This document shows positions 9,201-16,900 of a stretch of 64,000 nt of DNA, piece after piece; position 1 is the stretch's first letter; each line of letters starts with the position of its first letter. Under the pieces are notes generated by a model. The model ran no database searches and was not told where the DNA came from. It was given only the letters and a program-made list of their open reading frames with translations. The DNA lies in assembly GCA_040218735.1 (NCBI GenBank), contig JAVJQW010000018.1:1-64000 (forward strand). Direction: 5' to 3'. A program made the translations under genes and the position numbers. This stretch comes from Deltaproteobacteria bacterium. GTDB lineage: Bacteria; Myxococcota; Kuafuiibacteriia; Kuafuiibacteriales; Kuafuiibacteriaceae.

Positions 9201-9741
9201 TCTCGACGCTGTCGGGGATGCCGTCGTTGTCGCTGTCGAGGTCGCGGAAGTCGGGGGTGCCGTCCCGGTCGGTGTCCACGGGCGGCGTGAAGCGGTCGAA
9301 GTCCCCCGCTTCGAGGCGGTCCGGGATGCCGTCGTCGTCGCTGTCCTGATCGCGGTCGTCGGGGATGCCGTCGCCGTCGGTGTCGATCGCGCCGAAGCCC
9401 TCGTCGGCGTCGGCGATGAAGTCGTTGTCGTTGTCCTCGAGGACCACGCCCGTGTCGCGCGGCGTGCTGTGTCCGGCGTCGCGGACGCCGGAGTCGATCT
9501 CACCGCCGTCGGGCGTCACGCCCACGTCGGGGAAGCCGCCGTCGCGGAAGCCGCCGTCGATGAAGCCGGCGTCACGCTCCGGATCCGCGGGTCCGCCGTC
9601 GCGGTCCGCGGGGAACCCGACGTCGATCCCGTCGCGGCCCGAGTTGCCGGGGAGCTGCGGAGGTGGCGCATCACTGCACCCTCCGCACCCGGTCAGGAAC
9701 AGGGTGGCGGTGACGACCGCAGCATGGACGAAACGCTCCAC
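6238..9741 (-). CDS. CglD-like lipoprotein: thrombospondin type-3-like Ca-binding repeats + VWA domain + PPC-like insert
   Basis: Lipobox 'LTGC'; numerous 'DSDGDGIPD/DTDGDG' repeats; MIDAS-like 'DTTGSM'; 'PESGIEAL' and 'VTDAP'. Confidence 0.75.
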   Translation of the reverse strand: MERFVHAAVVTATLFLTGCGGCSDAPPPQLPGNSGRDGIDVGFPADRDGGPADPERDAGFIDGGFRDGGFPDVGVTPDGGEIDSGVRDAGHSTPRDTGVVLEDNDNDFIADADEGFGAIDTDGDGIPDDRDQDSDDDGIPDRLEAGDFDRFTPPVDTDRDGTPDFRDLDSDNDGIPDSVETAQDVDGDGIANFRDRDSDGDFLFDRIETAIDTDGDGLGNYIDTDSDGDTIPDRTELLFDPDGDGLGAYIDTDSDGDGILDQLEGLADPDTDAIPAFLDTDSDGDLIDDWIEGTNDADGDGVGNFLDADSDGDTIADATEGLADSDNDGTPDYLDLDSDGDGVPDAIEAGDTHVGTPPADTDFDGTPDYLDLDSDSDNIPDAVEGAGDADGDGRHNAADIDSDGDFVLDIDEAGDADVLTAPIDSDGDSTPDYLDLDSDDDTIWDLNEGNVDTDGDGAVDRIDLDSDDDGVPDSVEAGDSDPATPPPDTDGNGAHDFRDIDSDGDGLADGVETGCPLSTNRIAADSDLDTYPDSAELAFGSDPCSAVSGIDDFYFTLPPTNGPQAAPLDFTNTAIDRADFAFNMDTTGSMGGEITNLRNSLSSLIIPGAQALVPNPGFSVSSFQDFPFEPFGVVAANDMPFVLRSRVTTDSAAAQSAVNLLSTHNGRDLPESGIEALFQIATGAGTVWGPAAQDRVDAFDASANRIVGVADGPIGGVGFRDDALPIVVHVTDAPTHFAEDYSADAPQVSSAGVDTTRDALKSIGARVMTIASTTLPRPADPVTMEGIFEDICRRNVTRFYGRIEAPTGSDVDWYLLNGALPGQMLTAEVTASRVGSPLDAILGVYNGAGAQLAVNNDMAPGLHTDPRVNVALTGPGPFYVAVSSYNDTNFNSGGGITAGFYLLEVNSGPGVYTTPNVVCSDSDAGDTQGNATTLVLDSNASQPMSVSECVATCSAMVADDPMRLPYGIASLTGAVVPTCTWDQFGSGRPGGCAANECCTGIGGAGTPADASGQCPLAFEIASNGSGIGQAVVTGIESMVRFARFTITTRLRADPAELTASGLDTRCFIQDLVPVAGTPPNSCAPAPTIDDLFPPAGPDSFTNVVPGTNLTFDVTAENRVAGTSQPCVAATTEPQLFRAFIDVVADDVTVVDTRDVIIIVPPQPQSGS

Positions 9742-9844
9742 ATGGAGTCGTCATCGACCCCGCGCGGCGCGTATTGAACGGATGGTGCGCGATGTCTCGC
9801 GCTGAGGCGCTTCCTGAGCCGGCGCCTCGAAGTGGATCAGTCGA

Positions 9845-10150
9845 CTAGAAGAAGCGCGGCGCGCCGGCCACCGGGGCCGTAGCGGTGTCGAGCGTCTCGC
9901 GCTTCGGCTCGCCGTACATCGCCTTCAGCTCGGCGGGGCTGCTGCTCATGATCTCGTGCAGATCCTTGTCGAACCGCACGCGGTCGGCCGCGATCTCACG
10001 CAGCGCCAGCACCGGGGCCTTGTTCTTGGCGTTGTCGACCAGCGGGGTCGCGCCCTTCAGGAGCTGACGGGTACGCTTGGTGGCGAGGAGGACCAGCGCG
10101 AACCGGTTCTCCACGTTCTCCAGGCAATCTTCGACGGTAACTCGCGCCAT
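9845..10150 (-). CDS. rpoZ: RNA polymerase omega subunit
   Basis: '[30 protein letters not shown]...ALREIA'. Confidence 0.97.
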   Translation of the reverse strand: MARVTVEDCLENVENRFALVLLATKRTRQLLKGATPLVDNAKNKAPVLALREIAADRVRFDKDLHEIMSSSPAELKAMYGEPKRETLDTATAPVAGAPRFF

Positions 10151-10212
10151 GGGGGGGCAGCGCTACCACGGCGCGTCACCCGCCGCCAACTCGAAAGATC
10201 GGTGGATCGGAA

Positions 10213-11658
10213 TCACCCAATCTCGTGCAATCGCACGGAGTTGGTGTGTCCCAGCTCGCCCACCGGGGCCCCGAACACGATCGCGACCCGGTCGCCTCGG
10301 CCGACCAGGTTCCGGCTCGTCAGGCGCTCCTCGACGAGCCGCACCATCTGCTCCACGTCGTCCACGATGTCGAGGCGGTCCGACCGGACGCCCCAGTTGA
10401 TCGCCAGGCGTCGCCGCGTCCGATCCTGCGAGCAGAACGCGATGATCGGCACCGTCGGCCGGTACTTCGCGACCAGCCGCGCCGTCCGCCCCGACTCGGT
10501 GAAACACGCGATGAGCTTCGCTCGGGTCTGCTCGGCAGCGTGGCACGCCATGCTCGCCGTCGTGTCCGCGAAGGGGGAGGGGTAGGACTCGGTCTGCGTC
10601 GGCGTCGCGCGCTCGAACCGCTCGCGCTCCGTCTCGCGGACGATCCGCGCCATCATGTGCGCGGACTCGCCGGGGTACTTCCCGATCGCCGTCTCCGCGG
10701 AGAGCAGCACGCCGTCCGCGCCGTCCGCGACGGCGTTGGAGACGTCCGACGCCTCGGCGCGCGTCGGCGCAGGCGCGTCGATCATCGAGCCGAGCATCTG
10801 CGTCGCGATGATGACCGGCACGCCGGCCTGGTTGGCGAGGCGGAGGATCTCCTTCTGCACGAGCGGGACGCGCGTGACCTCGATCTGCGCGCCCAGGTCG
10901 CCACGGCGGATCATCACGGCGTCGGCGCGGCGCAGGATACCGTCGAGGCGCGCGAACGCTTCCGACAGCTCGATCTTCGCGATGAGCGCGATGTTGGAGC
11001 CCATCTCTTGGAGCTTCTCGCGCACGGTGAGGATGTCGTGCTGGTCGACCACGTGCGACAGTGCGATGTAGTCGACCTCCTTCTCGACGCACATCTTCAG
11101 GTACGGGAGGTCCTCGTCGGTGAGGGGGCCGCCGCTGATCGGCATCCCGGGGGCGTGGACGCCGGTGCGCTCGGAGACGTCGCCGCCGTAGACGACCTTC
11201 GCTTCGATCGCGTCCGCGCCGATCTTCGTGACCGACAGCTCCACGACGCCGTCCGAGAGCAGGACGATGTCCTCGCGGGTCATGTTGTCGTGGAAGAACG
11301 CGTCGTCCACGGGGAGCTGCTGCGCGTTGCCCTCCTGCCCGCTGTCGCGCACGAAGGTCACCGTCTCGCCGGTGCGGAGGTGGACCTCGTCCCCCTCCAG
11401 CGCGCCGAGCCGGACCTTGCGGCCGGGGAGGTCGGCGATGACCGCGACGGGCCGCCGGGTCGGCCCCATCAGCGACCGGATGCGGTCGATGCGCGCCGCG
11501 TGCTCCTCGATCTCACCGAAGCTGAGGTTCAGCCGCGCCGCGTCCATTCCGCGCGAGAGGAGGTCCTCCATGACCCCGGGCGGATCCGTCGCCGGCCCGA
11601 GCGTACAGATGATCTTCGTGCGCCGCCCGGCCGTGAGATCGCGTCGCGAACCCGCCAT
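10213..11658 (-). CDS. pyk: Pyruvate kinase (divergent at several motifs)
   Basis: 'RRTKIICTLGPAT', 'AKIE', 'RGDLG', 'ATQML', 'PTRAEASDV', 'LSAETA'. Confidence 0.92.
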   Translation of the reverse strand: MAGSRRDLTAGRRTKIICTLGPATDPPGVMEDLLSRGMDAARLNLSFGEIEEHAARIDRIRSLMGPTRRPVAVIADLPGRKVRLGALEGDEVHLRTGETVTFVRDSGQEGNAQQLPVDDAFFHDNMTREDIVLLSDGVVELSVTKIGADAIEAKVVYGGDVSERTGVHAPGMPISGGPLTDEDLPYLKMCVEKEVDYIALSHVVDQHDILTVREKLQEMGSNIALIAKIELSEAFARLDGILRRADAVMIRRGDLGAQIEVTRVPLVQKEILRLANQAGVPVIIATQMLGSMIDAPAPTRAEASDVSNAVADGADGVLLSAETAIGKYPGESAHMMARIVRETERERFERATPTQTESYPSPFADTTASMACHAAEQTRAKLIACFTESGRTARLVAKYRPTVPIIAFCSQDRTRRRLAINWGVRSDRLDIVDDVEQMVRLVEERLTSRNLVGRGDRVAIVFGAPVGELGHTNSVRLHEIG

Positions 11659-11706
11659 GACGAGGACGCTGCCACACTCTTCACGACACGTCGATCGGGG
11701 CCGGGA

Positions 11707-12945
11707 TCAGCACCCAGCTTCCTGGATGACGACGTGCAGCCTTCGCACCGCGCTCGCCTCGATGACGTCGAGGAAGACCGAGCTCGTCGCCGAGCCGGAC
11801 TCGGGCGCGGGGACGTCGAAGCGCGCCTCGAGCATCACGTGCTCGGTCGTCACGCCGATCACGCGATCCTTCGTTCCCCAGAGCGGGCGTAACCAGGTGC
11901 GGTAGGCACGGCTGTTGTCGATGGCGATCGGCTCCGGCGCGCCGGATGTGGAGAGCGGCTCCCCCTCGGCGTTGGTGATCGCTCGGAAGGCGGTCTTGTC
12001 GTTCGAGGCTCGCTCCAGATCCGTGCGCACGTCGAAGTATTTTGTGTCGCCGATGCGACGGACGACGGCGCCGACGGCGTGCCAGCCCTCCGCGCGGTAG
12101 TCGTGGGGGATCAGCGCGCCGAAGGGGAAGGGCACGCCGCGCTCCGTCATCAAGCCCCGCGTGGTGTCGAGCCGCTCGAAGGGGGTGGTGGTGTACACGC
12201 GCGAGGCGGCGCCGCTGTCGTCTGCGCAGAGCCCGAGCTGCAGGACCTGCTCGCCGTCCTCTTCGATCTCGGCGACCGGCACGACCCTCGGTGCGCGGAA
12301 AGGCGTGCCGACCAACGGGCGTACGCCGCCGATCCAGCTGCCGAACCACGTCGCCGCACCGAGTGACGAAGCGAGCGCGCTGAGCGTCGCCCGGTTCTTC
12401 GTCAGCAGTGACACGGGCGTCCCGTCCGCGAGGAGCTTGGCGACCAGGAGGACGCGCTGTCCGGAGCACACCGCGACGAACGTCTCGGCGCGCCCTGCGA
12501 CGCGGTCCCGGATCACCTTCGCCTCGACCTCCCGCCCGTTCGCCGCGTAGAGGGCCGCGAGCTTCTCGAGGTGATCGGCGCGCCCCGGATCGATCGCGGT
12601 GGCGCGCTCCCACCAGCGGATCGCTTCGGCGACGTTGCCCTTCGCCTCCGTCGCGCGGCGGACGGCGTCTTCGTGGCTGGTCTTCGTGGGCGCGAGGACA
12701 CTCTCGGCGACCCATAACGTGCGCCCGCTCGGCGCCGGGTCCCGCAGTCGCGCGAAGCCGTCCTTGCGCTCCGCGACGAACACGTGGGTGTTGATGCGGA
12801 GGCGCAGCTCGATTTCGGCGTTGGCCTCGGGCGCCACGCGCAGGTTGGCGACGTCCGCCGCGATCCACGCGTGTTCCTTCTTCGCGGCCTGCGCGCCCGA
12901 AGACAGGAGCAAGGTCGTGAGCAAGAAGGCGATCGCGACGCGCAT
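11707..12945 (-). CDS. Secreted SH3b-domain / TPR-like protein
   Basis: Signal peptide 'MRVAIAFLL...AQA'; SH3b-like 'ANLRVAP...LWV'; TPR-like helix pair. Confidence 0.65.
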   Translation of the reverse strand: MRVAIAFLLTTLLLSSGAQAAKKEHAWIAADVANLRVAPEANAEIELRLRINTHVFVAERKDGFARLRDPAPSGRTLWVAESVLAPTKTSHEDAVRRATEAKGNVAEAIRWWERATAIDPGRADHLEKLAALYAANGREVEAKVIRDRVAGRAETFVAVCSGQRVLLVAKLLADGTPVSLLTKNRATLSALASSLGAATWFGSWIGGVRPLVGTPFRAPRVVPVAEIEEDGEQVLQLGLCADDSGAASRVYTTTPFERLDTTRGLMTERGVPFPFGALIPHDYRAEGWHAVGAVVRRIGDTKYFDVRTDLERASNDKTAFRAITNAEGEPLSTSGAPEPIAIDNSRAYRTWLRPLWGTKDRVIGVTTEHVMLEARFDVPAPESGSATSSVFLDVIEASAVRRLHVVIQEAGC

Positions 12946-12967
12946 GTTCACTGCTCTGCCACGCCCG

Positions 12968-13993
12968 TCACGAGACGTCGATACGCCCCGGCATCGGGAG
13001 CGCGCGTTGCAGCTCCTCCTCCGTCTCGACGTACTCCGCCGTGAACAGCGCACCGTCCTCCTTCAGCTCCAGCTCCACCACGCCCGGCTCGCACCGCAGG
13101 ATCAGCCGGTCCCCCGTGAGCACGAACTCGAAGTCACACCGCGCGTCCTCGTCGTAGGACACGGCGCGCTGGATGAAGAACCGATCGCCGCCGCACTCGG
13201 CGAACAGCGAGTACCGGTCCGCGAGCGCCGCCACGAACGTGTACACCGCCCGCGCGCTCTTCGTCGGATCCAGCCGCCCGTCGCGGAAGTGCGGACGGTA
13301 GCGACGTAGCGCGGTCGTGGTGGGTTGCGGGTGCCGGACGAGGTCACCGGCGAGGAGCCCGCGCACGGCGCGGAGCACGTGCGGCGTCGCCGCGTTCGCG
13401 AGGTGGAGGAGGAGCTCGTGCCCGGTCACGCCGGGCTCGATCGGGACCTCGGTCGTCGACACCACGTCGCCGGAGTCCTCACCGGCGTCGAGCACGTGCA
13501 CCGTCACGGTGATCTCCGACTGACCCTCCGCGAGCGCCCAGAACAGCGGCGCCGGGCCGCGCTCCTCGGGGAGCTTGCCGGGGTGGACGTTCACGCCCCC
13601 GAGCCGCGCCGCGGACAACAGGGGGGCGGAGATCAGGTGCGGGAACCCGGCGACTACGTACGCGTCCGGCTTCGCGTCCCGGATCGCGGCGGCCGCCTTG
13701 CCTTCGTTGGCCGAGTTCGTGTCGACCACGTCGATGCCGAACGCGTGCGCGACCGCGACGAGGTCACTCACCTCGTCGCCCTGGCTCGTCAACTTGGCTT
13801 GCAGCCGGTCGAGCACGCCGGGGCGCGCCGGGCGAATCCGCGTCGACCCCCGTAGGTTGCGCCGTTCGCGCTCACGTCCCACCACGACGAGCGAGGGGAC
13901 GAGCCCGCTTTTCACGAGCGCCTTCAACGGCGTCGTCGCGTAGACGCCGTCCATGCCGAAGAACACGATGCGGTGCATCTGGGGCGCCCTCAC
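12968..13993 (-). CDS. Formyltransferase family protein (Fmt/ArnA-like)
   Basis: 'RIVFFG', 'NVHPGKLPEERGPAP', 'DAGEDSGDV'; GTGA overlap with the kinase stop. Confidence 0.85.
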   Translation of the reverse strand: MRAPQMHRIVFFGMDGVYATTPLKALVKSGLVPSLVVVGRERERRNLRGSTRIRPARPGVLDRLQAKLTSQGDEVSDLVAVAHAFGIDVVDTNSANEGKAAAAIRDAKPDAYVVAGFPHLISAPLLSAARLGGVNVHPGKLPEERGPAPLFWALAEGQSEITVTVHVLDAGEDSGDVVSTTEVPIEPGVTGHELLLHLANAATPHVLRAVRGLLAGDLVRHPQPTTTALRRYRPHFRDGRLDPTKSARAVYTFVAALADRYSLFAECGGDRFFIQRAVSYDEDARCDFEFVLTGDRLILRCEPGVVELELKEDGALFTAEYVETEEELQRALPMPGRIDVS

Positions 13994-16900
13994 GGGCAGC
14001 GGATGTCGAGCGTCTTCCCGGCCATCACCTGCAGGGAGCTACGCATCCGCTTTCCGTCGCGAATGAACGTCACGCGGTAGTCCCCGGGCGGCACGCTCTT
14101 CGTCAGCTTCGTCTGCGCGTTGAACTTGCCGATCTTCGGGATGTAGATGTCCGTCGGCTCGTCACACTTGAAGGCGAGGGCGGCTTCCTTCGAGGAAGGC
14201 GCGCGCGCGCGGCGGCGACGTACACGTTTCTTCCGCTTCGGCGGTGGCGCTTTGCGCACGGTGCGCTTCGGTGCGGGCGGCGGCGCCTCGCGCACGACGC
14301 GCTTCGGCGGCGGCTTCGTAGCAGGCGGAGGCGGCAGCGCCGAGGTCGGGGTCTCGTCGGCCTTCTCCTCCGCGGGCGGATCCTTCGCCGCCATCGCGTC
14401 CTTTGTCGCCTCCGTCTCTTCGGGGGCCTTCGGGGCCGCGTCGTCCTTTGGTGTGTCGTCCTTCGCCGCGTCGTCGAGCGCCTTCGTCTCGTCCTTCGCC
14501 GGCGTGTCGGGCGCCTCGCCCGGGGCGTTCGCGAGCTCGGTCGGCGGCGCACCGCTGGTCTGTTCGTTCGGCTGCAGCGGCGCGATCGGCACCGCGTTGC
14601 GCTTCTTCAACAGGATCGAGGAAACGGCCGCCGCCACCGCGAGCACCACCGCGATGCCGACCATGAAGTACATGACCGTCGTCCACACCGACGTCCGCCG
14701 CACTTGCACCTGCGCGATCGGCGGGTACGCGTCGCCGACGCTCCCGCGTGCCGCTTGCATCGGCACCGACGGCGTCGCGCGAACGCCCGGCGTCCCTACC
14801 GCCCGGACCGGCGACCCCATGGGCGAACGTGGTCCGGTCGGCGACGCGCGCACGATCTCTTGCGAAGGCTGCGGCGACGCGCGGTTCTTCTCGCGCACCG
14901 GCCGCTTGTTGCGCTCGACCACCGCGCGCAGCGCGCTCACGTTGTTCGGGCGCTGACTCCGGATGGGCGCTTCTTCACTCCCGGCGCCGGTCTCGACGCC
15001 ACCGGGGGCTTGGACCATCGACACCGGACGCACCGGCGGCGGCGGCGCGGTCGGCGACGGGCGCCGTTGGGCGGCGCTGCGCAAGCTGGCTTGCTCTTCG
15101 ACACCGAAGTCGAAGCTCTCCGAGACGAGGAGGCCGCCCTGGTCGTCCGTCGGCAGATCCGACATCGGCTCCAGCCCGGCGAAGTCGCCGGAGTGACCGT
15201 CGACCGTGGCCTCGTTTGCGATGAGCGAGTCGGCGCGCAGGCTCTGGATCTGATCGTAGTGCTCGCCTTCCTCTTCGTTGACCGTCGTGAACTCGTCGGG
15301 CTCCTCGACGGCGTCGTCGATCCCCGCGACGGACACGGACATCGAGCCAAAGCTGATCGACACACTCGACGGGTTCGGAGCGTCGAGGGAGTCGTGCCCC
15401 CCGAGCTCGATGACGTCGGGCTCCTGCGGGCCGCTCTGCGCCGAGATGAGCTGCGAGATCGAGATGACCTGACCGTCCTCGACCGGCGCGGTCTCCTCAC
15501 CGTTGGCGTCGAACGAAACGTCGACGCCGCTCGGCTCGTCGTAGGAGAGGTCGAGCTCGTCGTCGTCTTCGGGGAGCGGGCCGCGCGTCGTCGCGGGCCC
15601 CCCCGACGTGAACTCTTCGGCGTCGACCATCGAGACCCCGCGCGACACGACCGGGTTCGGCTGTGTCGGGGGCACCGGTATCGCCTGGCGCTCGTCGAGG
15701 CTGACGCTCGGGCGGGCCTCGGCCTTCGACATCGTCTCGAACGACACGTCGTCGTCGCCGAAGCCGAGGCCGTCGTCGACCTCGTCCAGCACGGAGAGCG
15801 CACCGAACAGATCGGAGGCCTCCGGGTCCTCGAGCTGGCCCGCGCTGGTGATCGCCGGCGCGCTCAGATCCGAGCCTTCGAATGGAGCCCCGAAGGGCGC
15901 GTTCATCTCGTCCTGGATCGGGCTGCCGTCCTCGCTGTACAGGACGACGCTGCGGGTCACCATGCGCTTGCGGCTCTGGCGCCGCATGATCGCGTCGCGG
16001 AGGTGGGAGCTGTCCTGCGTCGGCTCCTCCGGGTCGAAGTCGATCTCCGGCTCCGGGAGCTGCGCGTGCCCGTCCAGCGCGTCCGCGAGCATCCCCAGCG
16101 CGGTGGGCTCGTGCGTCGCGATCGACGACGAGCGCCGCATCATCTCGATCTCGTCGTCGATGCGCGCCGCCTCGTCGAGCGCCGCGGTGACCCCCGAGCT
16201 CGCGCGGCGGTTCGGGAGCGCCTCCACGACCGGTTCGGGGTGGGTCTGCTCCGCGAGCTTCCCGTTGACCGTCGACTCGCGAACGAGCGCGCCGCGCCCG
16301 GTCTCGTCGCGGTCCGCCGGGGACTGCACGCCGCTCTTGGTGACGGAGTCCTCGCGCGGGTTCACCACCGACAGCGACGCACGTGTGGCGATGCGGCGCC
16401 GCGGGGACTGCCGACGAGGCAGCACCGAGCGTGTGCTCGGACGACGCGCGAGGTTGTCGCGCCCCGTGTCGCTCGGGAGCAGCACCGGCCGCGGTCGGCG
16501 ACCGCTGATCGGGCGGCGCCGCGAGGGCTTCTTGCGGCGCTCGGGGGGCGGCGCGGGGGCGTCGTCGTCCTCGTCGGGATCGGGGATGGTCTCCGTGTCG
16601 ATCACCGCGACGAAGTCACGATCGCGCGCGAGGGCGAGGCGCACCTCTTCTTCGAGCTCCGCCGTCAGCTCGGTCTCGTCCATCTCGACGTTGTCGGTCG
16701 TGTCATCGACCTCGAGGTGACCGCTGTCCGTCGCGTCCTCGACCTCGATGTCGCTGTCGACGTTGAGCGTCTCGTCCTCGACGTCGAGCGACGAGGGCTC
16801 ACGGCCGAGCGCCGTCACCAGGACGTCTTCGTTCTGCGTCTCGTCCTCGACGTCCAGCTCCGTCGCGGTGCCCTCCTCGGTCAGCGCCGGCATGTCGTCG

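Noticed and set aside
8150-9440. Dense GTCGCCGTC/GTCGCTGTC repeats, possibly a CRISPR or DNA repeat array
   Set aside because: Degenerate, in-frame codon repeats for DxDGDG motifs; no constant repeat-spacer structure and no cas genes.
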